A stretch of 37,247 bases of DNA from Polyangia bacterium. GTDB lineage: Bacteria; Myxococcota_A; Polyangia; JAAYKL01. Every line of letters starts with the position of its first letter. Within the stretch, counting starts at the first letter, position 1. Of the stretch, positions 28,561 through 37,247 are shown piece by piece. A model generated the notes under the pieces. The model had not been told where the DNA came from. It worked only from the letters and a program-made list of their open reading frames with translations, and made no database searches. The stretch spans positions 1 through 37,247 of the forward strand of contig JBNKCR010000079.1 in NCBI GenBank assembly GCA_050287845.1, written 5' to 3'. A program made the translations under genes and the position numbers.

Positions 28561-29448
28561 TTATCCGCGCAGTGCGTTGCGATTCATTTGTAAATAAAAA
28601 ATCATTGCAACCAGACAGGTGATGATGCCAATCCACTGGGAGGTGGTGAGGGAAAGTAAGATCCCGCGGCCGCTGTCGCCCCGGATGAATTCAATCAGGG
28701 TTCGGGTAATACCGTAATACATGACCAGAATGAGGAAGAGCTGGCCGGAAAAGACGCATCGTTTCCGAAGATACAGAAGCAGGGCAAACAGAATGAAGCC
28801 GTTGAGGGAGGCAATGATTTGGGCGGGGTAGACCGGGAATGACAGGGCGGCGTCGCCGGAGATTATTCCCATATGCACGTGATGCCAGAAGGCGGGAGCC
28901 CCTTTCTGAAGGGCGGGATGATGGCTGAATCCCGGTGCGTTGTGAAAGGCCACCTCCCAGTTGGGGAAGCGAATCCCTATTTTCTGAAGCCAGACCGGGG
29001 CGGTTTCGGGTATGGGTCGACCGTAGTCGCAGCCGTATAAAAAGCAGCCAATGCGGGTGATGCCCAGTCCCAGCGCAAGAGATGGCGCAGCGGCATCTGC
29101 AAAAACCGATAACGACACATTGAGTCTTTTGTGGAATGCAAGGGCACCCAGAAATCCACCAATGAATCCGCCGTACGCCACAAGGCCGGTGTGTCCCGGC
29201 ACCAGCAGAGTGAGTGGATGCTGCCAGTCCAGGTGGTGCCATGTGGTGAGGATAGCGAGGATTCGTGCACCGAGGAGTGCACAGATGGCGCTGAGAAAAA
29301 TCATTTTTTTGAGCTGGGGGGGGGGAAGTTGCGATTTTCCGGAACGCAGTGTGAGAAACCATCCTGCCACCAGGGAGATACCCAGCATTACGCCATAGGA
29401 ATGAACAGGGAGGCTGATGGGGTGAATGGTGAAAAGAACCGGATACAT
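28561..29448 (-). CDS. lgt: Prolipoprotein diacylglyceryl transferase
   Basis: MYPVLF, HSYGVM, GLVAYGGFIGG, TRIGCFLYGCDYG, YPAQ, RTLIEFIRGD and TTSQWI. Confidence 0.9.
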   Translation of the reverse strand: MYPVLFTIHPISLPVHSYGVMLGISLVAGWFLTLRSGKSQLPPPQLKKMIFLSAICALLGARILAILTTWHHLDWQHPLTLLVPGHTGLVAYGGFIGGFLGALAFHKRLNVSLSVFADAAAPSLALGLGITRIGCFLYGCDYGRPIPETAPVWLQKIGIRFPNWEVAFHNAPGFSHHPALQKGAPAFWHHVHMGIISGDAALSFPVYPAQIIASLNGFILFALLLYLRKRCVFSGQLFLILVMYYGITRTLIEFIRGDSGRGILLSLTTSQWIGIITCLVAMIFYLQMNRNALRG

Positions 29449-29595
29449 TTTGTGGCTTTCCTTTTTTTTAACGGGCGCTATGTTTTATATCCGAAAAACG
29501 TAAAAATGAAGCGAAAGTGAATATGAGGATAAATTAGGTTATAAAACAATTTTCAGCGAGTATTATCTGAATACTTGAAACCAGGGAGTAAATGT

Positions 29596-30393
29596 ATGCG
29601 ACAGGGAAACCTTCTGCAATGGGGCACAGTGGTGACAGGCCTGCTGTCATTGATGCTGGCGTCCGCAACAATACACGCCGCCGAAGGCGGGCAAAAGGAA
29701 CAGAAAAAATCAACGGTTGACGACGCAAAAGAAAAGGCGGCGGATGCCATCAGGAAGCTGAAGGATAATGTGAAAGACGCCGAATCGAAGGATATGGAAG
29801 ATGTGAAAAAGCAGGCGTCGGATAAGGTGAATGAGGGAAAAGAAGCGTTGGGGAAGAAGGTGGAGGATTTAAAAGCCGAACTCGAAAAGAAAAAGGCCGC
29901 GGCTAAGAAAAAAGAGGGGTCGGACGAAAGTGATGAGGACGGCAAGGGAAACGACAAGGCCAGGGGCGAAGCGGATCATCCCGGGAAGCATCTGGGGCAG
30001 GAAAAACAGGACGAGAAAGCCGAATCCGATTCTGACTCGGATACGGCAGGGGCGACAGAGACCGAGAAGGAACGCGTTGAGCGTTTGCGACGACGTGAGA
30101 TGGGCTATCTGATGCACCGTCGGTATCTGGACGGCAATGAAAAACATTCGGCGATGATGAAGCAGATTAGTGAACGGAAGGGGCTGAAGATAGCGGAGCA
30201 GCGAAAACATATCAAACGCATTGCCAGGTTGGAGCGCGTTCGGGAGTTGGCGGTGGATAAGAATGATACCCCGAGCATTGAAAAAGTGGATGAACTTATC
30301 ACCAGGGAAACGGAGCGTCACGAAAGTGTGATGGTCAAACTGCACAATCAGGCCAAACAGGGGAATAATGCAGGGCAGAAGGAGGGGAAGTAA
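29596..30393 (+). CDS. Hypothetical secreted, highly charged helical protein
   Basis: RBS GGGAG; signal peptide ending IHA-A; K/E/D-rich helical repeats. Confidence 0.7.
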   Translation: MRQGNLLQWGTVVTGLLSLMLASATIHAAEGGQKEQKKSTVDDAKEKAADAIRKLKDNVKDAESKDMEDVKKQASDKVNEGKEALGKKVEDLKAELEKKKAAAKKKEGSDESDEDGKGNDKARGEADHPGKHLGQEKQDEKAESDSDSDTAGATETEKERVERLRRREMGYLMHRRYLDGNEKHSAMMKQISERKGLKIAEQRKHIKRIARLERVRELAVDKNDTPSIEKVDELITRETERHESVMVKLHNQAKQGNNAGQKEGK

Positions 30394-30394
30394 T

Positions 30395-30883
30395 ATGAAA
30401 CGCGTACTATTGTTGATGTGCGTATGCGCATTGGGATTGACTTCATGTGGAAAAAAAGAGGCGCAGCCGGAGGCTGTTGCAACCGATGGTGGCGGTTCGG
30501 CCCCGGCGGCATCGTCGGCAGTGGAGGAAGTTGGTGAGGGATTGAGTGAGGAAGAAGCTACGGCGCTGCTTCGGGATGAAAAGGTACAGGCGGGCACTCA
30601 GATAGGAAAAGAAGATATTGAAAGTGAGCTATTGCGGATGGAAGAAGAGATCTCCGCTGACATAGAGGGTCGCGAACCGGATTTTGAAAAACTGGGGTCG
30701 CACAAAGAATTGAAACCCCTCGTGGCAAAGGAAACCTTTACCGTGGAAAAGGCATCCTCTACCATGGAGTACGAGCGCGACATGAGAGTCATGCAAATGA
30801 TTCGCGAGTACATTAAACAGAAGAAGACAGAAGAAACGAAACTCACCGGAACGGAGAAAGGCGCCGACTCCGAAAAGAAATAG
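30395..30883 (+). CDS. Hypothetical lipoprotein
   Basis: RBS GGAGGGG; lipobox LTSC; starts 2 nt after the previous stop codon. Confidence 0.7.
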   Translation: MKRVLLLMCVCALGLTSCGKKEAQPEAVATDGGGSAPAASSAVEEVGEGLSEEEATALLRDEKVQAGTQIGKEDIESELLRMEEEISADIEGREPDFEKLGSHKELKPLVAKETFTVEKASSTMEYERDMRVMQMIREYIKQKKTEETKLTGTEKGADSEKK

Positions 30884-30945
30884 ACTCGCGGTCACCCGCA
30901 GCTGAACTGGCCCATGTGAATCTGCTTTAACACCGGTGAGGTCAT

Positions 30946-30973
30946 CGCACGCTTTTTGCGTGCGTTTCAATTT
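30946..30973 (+). terminator. Possible intrinsic terminator
   Basis: CGCACGC-TTTTT-GCGTGCG followed by TTTCAATTT. Confidence 0.4.
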
Positions 30974-31101
30974 ATCTTCTGTTGTCCGGTGTCCATTCCT
31001 TTTTCTGACAGCCTCCAATTTCATGAGACGTGAATATGCAGGAACCCTCAGCCAAAATCGCTGAAGCTGCACCGGATTATCTTTCCACGGAAGGGGTCAA
31101 T

Positions 31102-33354
31102 ATGAAGACGCGAACAGTACATATCTGCGGAGTGCTTACCATTGTTTCTGCACTTATTATGGGGTGCATGGATCGGGAACCGGCGTCGGTGTGCCCCGTA
31201 CCCACTGAGCTGAAGAAGACCGACCCGGGGATGACGGAATTTGATGGCGTGGATATTCTCGTGGTGGTGGACAACTCCAACTCCATGAAACAGGAACAGG
31301 ACATTCTGGCCACGTCTTTTTTTCCCCTTATCAATTCGCTGGTAAATCCCCTGCCAGGTTCAGACTTTAAGGGGACTGACAATATCCGTATCGCCATAAC
31401 GACCTCAGACATGGGGGTATCGTACAATGGCAAGGCGTATGATGGCTGGGAAACTTTTCTGTCCGGTATGGAAACGAACTGCAGGAATGCGGACAAAGGG
31501 GCATTTGGCGACAATGGGGCATTTGTTGACGACTACAACTCGGAAACCGGGGCCCAGGTGGAGATTCAGGAAGGGGTGATTCCCTGTGCCGAAGACCGTC
31601 ATTGTCCGCCGAACTGGCGTTGCGAAAATATTGGAAATGACAACCTCGGTGAATGTTTTGCGCCGGCGGGAGAGGGAACTATGGTGCAGTGCCCGCCATC
31701 ACCAGCAGATCGGAACACTGATTTTGTCAACGAGGATTGGGACAACAAAGCGCTTTCAGTTGCCTGTCTGGCAAAAGTGGGAATAGACGGGTGCAACTAT
31801 GAACAGCAGCTGGCCGCTGCAGCAGCCGGGATGAACCATACATTGGACAATGATGGCAGAAGCAGTTCGTTCCTCCGGGAGCGGAAGGTCACCACCATTA
31901 TCATCGTCTCAGATGAAGAGGACTGTTCGTTGAAATCGAATGAATGGCACTCTCTTGACGAACTGGTCGGTGCGCGCGCGAATATTGCCTGCGGAAGCCA
32001 TCCGGAATACTTGTTGAGCATTTCGGATTTGAAGCGGAAGTACGACGAGATGGTGGAGGGAATCGTTGGTAAAACCACCGGAATTGTTTTCGCGGCCATT
32101 GTTGGTGTGCCGTACAATCAGGAAATCGCGCATGAGAACACGGAATGCGAGGGCCGGGGGACACAGTTGGCGCACTGCAAAGATGTGGCGCCCCGAGAAA
32201 ATGGTGCGGGCACCATGGCGAATCCGGAAGTTGTGGAACGAAGCAATCAGGAGTATTTCGAATACGCCTGTCGCAGATTTGAAGAAGGGAAGAGCGCTGA
32301 AAATGGAGACCGCGGAATCACCGAGGCATACCCGGGGATGCGCTATGTGGAAATGGCACAGGAATATGGCGACAATGGATATGTGTACTCCATCTGCCAT
32401 GATGACTGGTCTCCTGCCATGGAATCCATCGCGGAAATGATTTCTGAGAATCTTGGGGGATCCTGTTTTGAAAAACGACTGAACTGGGATCCCGAGAGTG
32501 AAAAAGCGGGCTGTAATGTGGTGTTTGAGTATCGGGCACCCCGGGATGAAGACGCGCCGAAGTGTCCTGATGACAAAGAGCAGAAGTGGATGGACGATGG
32601 GGAGCTCACAGTGGATGCGCGTACGGGGGAATGGGTTCGGGCCTGCAGCGTGGCGAAACTGGCGGCGCCCATTGATTGTGAAGAGATGAATGCCAGGGGC
32701 CTGACCAGCGACTATATGCGCAATGAATTCGGATGGTTCTATTGTGAGAATCCCGGAGAAAACAATATGGTGGCCTGCAGCGACAATCTGGACAACGATC
32801 GGGACGGCCTGAAGGATGGTGATGATTCGGATTGTGACGCATGTCTGAATGGGGGGATCTGTCCGGAGAATGTATGCCCCTACAAGGTGTCGTTGACGGA
32901 TAGAGCGCTGGAAGAGGCGGCCCAGGCACGGGTGAAAAATCGCGATGTGGTGTGCCTGCAGCAGTATCGCTTTGAAGACCCCAACTGCAAGGAGAGTACA
33001 CGGGATGCCTGCAACGACGGCGCAGACAACGATGGAAACGGGCCATTTGATTGTTGGAGTTACGCAAAAGGGGACACCATAGATGACGAACACTTCCCAG
33101 ACAGTGGCGCTCGAAATGCCGATCCGGATTGCTGCCCGATGAGGGTGTCCACCGAAGGCATGTGTCAGTTTGTGGACTATCGCGGCAATGACGTGAACGT
33201 GAGCCGGAATCCGGAAGATGCGGCATATGTGGAGACGTGTAATGTGAAAACCGGCGCAAAGGCAATTCCCGACGCCTGCTGCGAAGCGGCCAAAGCGCTG
33301 CTGTGCCGACTGCCTGATGATTTTCGCAATGAATGTATTGACCGGGGACTTTAA
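31102..33354 (+). CDS. Cysteine-rich lipoprotein with vWA-like (MIDAS) domain and Ca-binding-like DxDxDG repeats
   Basis: Lipobox IMGC; DILVVVDNSNSM, IAITTSD, GCNYEQQL and IVSDEEDCS; CSDNLDNDRDG and CNDGADNDGNG repeats. Confidence 0.75.
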   Translation: MKTRTVHICGVLTIVSALIMGCMDREPASVCPVPTELKKTDPGMTEFDGVDILVVVDNSNSMKQEQDILATSFFPLINSLVNPLPGSDFKGTDNIRIAITTSDMGVSYNGKAYDGWETFLSGMETNCRNADKGAFGDNGAFVDDYNSETGAQVEIQEGVIPCAEDRHCPPNWRCENIGNDNLGECFAPAGEGTMVQCPPSPADRNTDFVNEDWDNKALSVACLAKVGIDGCNYEQQLAAAAAGMNHTLDNDGRSSSFLRERKVTTIIIVSDEEDCSLKSNEWHSLDELVGARANIACGSHPEYLLSISDLKRKYDEMVEGIVGKTTGIVFAAIVGVPYNQEIAHENTECEGRGTQLAHCKDVAPRENGAGTMANPEVVERSNQEYFEYACRRFEEGKSAENGDRGITEAYPGMRYVEMAQEYGDNGYVYSICHDDWSPAMESIAEMISENLGGSCFEKRLNWDPESEKAGCNVVFEYRAPRDEDAPKCPDDKEQKWMDDGELTVDARTGEWVRACSVAKLAAPIDCEEMNARGLTSDYMRNEFGWFYCENPGENNMVACSDNLDNDRDGLKDGDDSDCDACLNGGICPENVCPYKVSLTDRALEEAAQARVKNRDVVCLQQYRFEDPNCKESTRDACNDGADNDGNGPFDCWSYAKGDTIDDEHFPDSGARNADPDCCPMRVSTEGMCQFVDYRGNDVNVSRNPEDAAYVETCNVKTGAKAIPDACCEAAKALLCRLPDDFRNECIDRGL

Positions 33355-33360
33355 TCCCGG

Positions 33361-35901
33361 TTACGCCACGGTGACCAGTTCCACCAGCGGCCCGGTTTCG
33401 TCCCGGGGAGTGGAAAGGTCAACCATACATACAATGGTCCAATCCTGGTCGCCGTTGGGGTCGATGATCTTCTGATGCACTTCCCAGACCCGGTTTCCTT
33501 TTCCAACGATAGTGGTGTAATGAGCCAGTCTCGCCGCCGGGGTGACGTCGATATACGCGTGTTCTTCAAAGTAGGGCATCAGCAGTTTTTCCACTTCATC
33601 TGGCGCCCATGGATGCAGGTCTGTCTGATGAACGAGGGTGCATACCTGTTCATAGTCCTTTAATGCCAGCGCGGAGAGAACGGTATGCATTTCGTTTCGA
33701 AGTCTGGCGCGAAATGCTCTGGGGTCGTCCGCCACGGAGGGCGCTCTGGCGGGGGCGCTGACCGCATCGGTTTCTAAAGGTGCGCCCATCAGCAGTGACC
33801 ATTCCTCCACAAGGGTGGAATCGACGCGCCGCACCAGCCCGTGGAAGTATGCCAGAATATCTTCGAACACATCGGTCCACAGGTGAACGGGTACCGTCTG
33901 TACTGCGGCCTTGTAGACCTGACTGAGGTAGCGCAGCAGTACACCCTCACTTCGGGCGAGTCCATATTGCTGCACGTAGTAGTTGAAGTCGTAGTAATTT
34001 TCGAACATTTCCCGGGCCACATTCTTGGCGTGAATGTGTTCACCGCCCACCCAGGGGTGAGTGGCGGAAAATGCGCGAAAGGTTTCGTTGATGAACGTCT
34101 CCATGGGTTTGGGGTGCTCCACTTTATCGAGCTCCTCCATCCGCTCCTCATAGGGAACACCTTCGGCCTTGAGGCGCCCCACCAGCTCTCCTTTCAATTT
34201 ATCAATCTGCTTGCGGAGCACCACTTTGGGATCCTCGAGAATGGTTTCAACCAGGGTGAGCATATTCTGGCTTTTTTCTTCATCCTCCTCCAGCAGTTCA
34301 ATGGTTTGCACAAGGTAGAGCGACAGGCTGTAGTTCAGGGAAAACTCCTGTTGCAACACATCGGATACCACCATCTGCTTTCCGGCGCCATGGTCGTGTG
34401 GGACCAGATCAATGATGCCGGCCAGCCGGAGCGATCGCAGCAACTGCGCGGCCCGTTTTCTCCGTGCGCTTTTTTCGATTGCGGAACCGTGAGATCTGTA
34501 GATTAAATCCACCAGCCGGCCATATCCCCCACCGGCAACATCGGGATTGCTCTGAAGCAGGTTGATGATCATCCCGTGGGTTACCTGAAACTGGGGTTGC
34601 AGGGCTTCCGGCTCGGCATTTTTCAACCTGTCCAGCGTCTGCTCATCCCAGGGAATGGCATGGGGAGGAGGGCTTTTTTTGCGAAGCTTTTTTTTCAGAT
34701 GGGGATTTTTCAGCAGCTTCTGTTCCATCTGTTTGTTTTCAATGACCCACTCCGGGGCCTGAACAACCACCGTGCCCTGGTCATCAAATCCCTTGCGACC
34801 GGCGCGACCGGCGATCTGATGAAACTCGCGTGCGGTGACAATGGTATTTTTTTCGCCGTTGTATTTGTACAGCTGGCGAATGACCACTGTGCGGATGGGG
34901 ATATTGACCCCCACGCCCAGCGTGTCGGTACCGCTGATGACTTTGATGAGTCCCAGCTGGCTCAGCTTTTCAACCACCCGCCGATATCGGGGCAGTAACC
35001 CGGCATGATGAACACCGATGCCATGACGCACAAAACGGCTGAATTCCTTCCCATAGGGCGTATCAAATTTTACGGTTTCAATTTCTCTGGCAATCTGCTG
35101 TTTTTCTTCTTTGGAACAGACATTGATACTCATCAGGTTCTGCGCCTGTTCCGCACAGTCTTTCTGAGTGAAACTCACCAGATAGACCGGCGCCATATTT
35201 TCTTCCACCAGCTTTTCAATGGTCTGATGGATATGGGTTTCCACATAATGAAATTCAAGTGGCACCGGTCGTGTGGCGTGTTTGACCACCGCCACATCCC
35301 GGTCGGTAAATTCCGAGAGTTGACGTTCCACATGGCTGGTATCGCCGAGGGTAGCGGACATCAGCAGAAAGACCGCGTCCCGCATGGTGATGAGCGGAAT
35401 CTGCCAGGCCACACCGCGTTCTTTATCTCCGTAGTAGTGGAATTCGTCCATCACTACATAGTCCACATCAACATCATCTTCGCGCAGCGCCCGATTGGAG
35501 AGGATTTCAGCGGTGCAGCAGATAACCGGTGCATCCGGATTCACTGAACCGTCGCCGGTGAGCAGTCCCACATTCTGTGGCCCCAGCACATCACACAGCC
35601 AGAAAAATTTTTCATTGACCAGCGCCTTGGTGGGCGCGGTGTACCAGGAAATGCGCTGTTCGGCCATGGCCTGAAAATGCAGCGCCAGGGCCACCATGGA
35701 TTTACCCGAACCTGTAGGGGTGTTCAGTATCACGTGTTTCCACTGGAGCTGTTCCAGAATGGCTTCTTCCTGCGCCGGGTACAATGAAATGCCGAGGGAT
35801 TCCACGTACTCCATGAAAAGAAGCAGAATATTGTCTGAATCCAGTTTGAGATGGTCGCGACGGGCGTTTTCCAATAGCTGATACAGGGTTGGCGTTTCCA
35901 T
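33361..35901 (-). CDS. Ski2/HelY-like DExH-box helicase with DUF3516 C-terminal domain
   Basis: PTGSGKS, PTKALVNEK, MDEFHYY, MSAT, QIAGRAGR and SEGVLLRYL. Confidence 0.9.
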   Translation of the reverse strand: METPTLYQLLENARRDHLKLDSDNILLLFMEYVESLGISLYPAQEEAILEQLQWKHVILNTPTGSGKSMVALALHFQAMAEQRISWYTAPTKALVNEKFFWLCDVLGPQNVGLLTGDGSVNPDAPVICCTAEILSNRALREDDVDVDYVVMDEFHYYGDKERGVAWQIPLITMRDAVFLLMSATLGDTSHVERQLSEFTDRDVAVVKHATRPVPLEFHYVETHIHQTIEKLVEENMAPVYLVSFTQKDCAEQAQNLMSINVCSKEEKQQIAREIETVKFDTPYGKEFSRFVRHGIGVHHAGLLPRYRRVVEKLSQLGLIKVISGTDTLGVGVNIPIRTVVIRQLYKYNGEKNTIVTAREFHQIAGRAGRKGFDDQGTVVVQAPEWVIENKQMEQKLLKNPHLKKKLRKKSPPPHAIPWDEQTLDRLKNAEPEALQPQFQVTHGMIINLLQSNPDVAGGGYGRLVDLIYRSHGSAIEKSARRKRAAQLLRSLRLAGIIDLVPHDHGAGKQMVVSDVLQQEFSLNYSLSLYLVQTIELLEEDEEKSQNMLTLVETILEDPKVVLRKQIDKLKGELVGRLKAEGVPYEERMEELDKVEHPKPMETFINETFRAFSATHPWVGGEHIHAKNVAREMFENYYDFNYYVQQYGLARSEGVLLRYLSQVYKAAVQTVPVHLWTDVFEDILAYFHGLVRRVDSTLVEEWSLLMGAPLETDAVSAPARAPSVADDPRAFRARLRNEMHTVLSALALKDYEQVCTLVHQTDLHPWAPDEVEKLLMPYFEEHAYIDVTPAARLAHYTTIVGKGNRVWEVHQKIIDPNGDQDWTIVCMVDLSTPRDETGPLVELVTVA

Positions 35902-36087
35902 GGGCCGGTTATGCCAGCGAATGGTGAAGAGTGCCAGTGTTCATTTTTGTTATTTTACGCTTGTGGTGCGGCGCGGATGTGTTATGTCTCGCCGCCTTTT
36001 TACCGGAAGGGAACGCCTTCCAGAGCAATTTGTGTGTTATCAGAAAAACGACGCACGTTATAAGATATTGATTACAGGAGAATTGAA

Positions 36088-36630
36088 ATGAACCCAGTTG
36101 AATGCAATTTTTTTAGCGGTGGTCTTCGCGGCGCCGAAGCAACGTTTGGTGCATGTGCGGAAAAACATAACGTCAGTGAGACCACGTTTTCTTTTGAAGG
36201 CCATAAACTGGCCAGAGATAAAAATGTATCCGTTCTTGGTGCTGAAGAATTGGCCAAAGGGGAGGTCAGTATGGACATCGTTTCGGCCAAAATGGGTCGG
36301 CGGTATCCCAAACCCGAAACGCTGAAAAAAGTGTTTCAGGTCATTTTTCATATGATCAACAGCGGGTTTCAGGTCTTCGCCGTGGGGTGGATTCAGGAAG
36401 ACAACACCGTGATGGGCGGTACCGGATGGGGAATTGAACTGGCTAAATTTTTCAACCGTCCAGTGAGCGTGTTCGATCAGGACAGGAACCAGTGGTTCAC
36501 CTGGAAGGGTACGGAGTGGGTGGCAGACGAGCCGGTGATCAGCCACAAAACCTTCTGCGGCACAGGCACCCGAAACCTCACGGAAGCCGGCGCGAAAGCC
36601 ATCGAAGATCTTTTCGCCCGCTCCTTCTGA
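36088..36630 (+). CDS. Conserved hypothetical protein (Rossmann/SLOG-like)
   Basis: RBS AGGAG; FSGG..GAE, GGTGWG..LAK and GTGTR motifs. Confidence 0.7.
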   Translation: MNPVECNFFSGGLRGAEATFGACAEKHNVSETTFSFEGHKLARDKNVSVLGAEELAKGEVSMDIVSAKMGRRYPKPETLKKVFQVIFHMINSGFQVFAVGWIQEDNTVMGGTGWGIELAKFFNRPVSVFDQDRNQWFTWKGTEWVADEPVISHKTFCGTGTRNLTEAGAKAIEDLFARSF

Positions 36631-36784
36631 TTTCTTTTTCATACCAGGTGACATTTCTTTTCACTGACGGGTTATTGTTCTGTACGTGTTGAATCAACGG
36701 TGACACTGGGTCTGTGGTGGCATCCAGAGCCGCCAGATTGCGGATGCCCGTAGAGAAGTGAACTGGCCGATTGGTGGGTTGAAA

Positions 36785-37111
36785 ATGAGAGGTATTCTTT
36801 CAGGATTAATCATTGGGATCCTGTGTCTGTTGTGGCTGTCCATCTGCGAAGCAAACGAAACCGCACTGTCTTTGCACCCGGAAGTATCAGCTCCGGAAGA
36901 ATCGGATGGTAAAACGGTTTTTTTTTCGCGTTCTGTATCAGACAGGCCAGAGCGGCAGACGTTTCTGCCCAGGATTGTACCACGGGTTGCAACTCCGACT
37001 GATAAAATGGAGCTTTATAAAGTAGAGTTGCTTCTGGAATCTTATAGTCTGGAACGATCATTTCGTCATTACCTGATGAAGCCAGGGGATAGCAACAGCT
37101 TTGCCGAATGA
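36785..37111 (+). CDS. Hypothetical secreted protein
   Basis: Hydrophobic signal peptide ending CEA; no recognised family; start uncertain. Confidence 0.4.
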   Translation: MRGILSGLIIGILCLLWLSICEANETALSLHPEVSAPEESDGKTVFFSRSVSDRPERQTFLPRIVPRVATPTDKMELYKVELLLESYSLERSFRHYLMKPGDSNSFAE

Positions 37112-37203
37112 GCTATTCGAGGTGTACCAATTTCGAAAACGAGACGATGCAACAATTCGGATACAGAATTAAGTTGGGCCAGTAATTTAGGGAAACAGAG
37201 CCG

Positions 37204-37247
37204 CTGTGGTGAGGAACGAGCGTAGCGAGTGTCTCGAACCGCGCGGC
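37204..37247. repeat. REP-like palindromic element at the window edge
   Basis: GTGGTGAGGAACGAGCGTAGCGAGTGTCTCGAACCGCG matches the TGGTGAGG...GTCTCGAACC architecture of widespread REP-type hairpins. Confidence 0.5.

Overview
Bacterial chromosomal region, most likely from a deltaproteobacterium or Myxococcota-like organism (inferred from the many Asp/Thr/Ser-stalked lipoproteins, a fibro-slime protein, a Cys-rich vWA lipoprotein and a DUF3160 protein). It holds four kinds of content. (1) A dispersed polysaccharide and xylose utilisation set: a GH5 lipoprotein, xylB-xylA divergent from a GH8 lipoprotein, and a BNR-4 beta-propeller plus GH105 pair. (2) An SOS mutagenesis cassette, lexA-imuA-imuB, with no dnaE2 in the window and a perfect palindrome in its promoter. 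(3) A DUF1778-GNAT toxin-antitoxin module with its own promoter, lying between two identical 37-bp copies of the imuB 3' end. (4) Housekeeping and other genes: aconitase, lgt, a DUF3516 helicase, an amidohydrolase, a D-cysteine desulfhydrase-like enzyme, an HD protein and a Vat/CatB-like acetyltransferase. The most notable unannotated signals are the 37-bp direct repeat around the TA module, a near-identical 36-aa six-cysteine module set between DT/DS stalks in two unrelated CAZymes, a frameshifted vapC remnant abutting the aconitase stop, and candidate LexA and XylR operators. No rRNA, tRNA, CRISPR array, integrase or transposase was recognised. All product calls come from motif recognition by eye, not from database searches.
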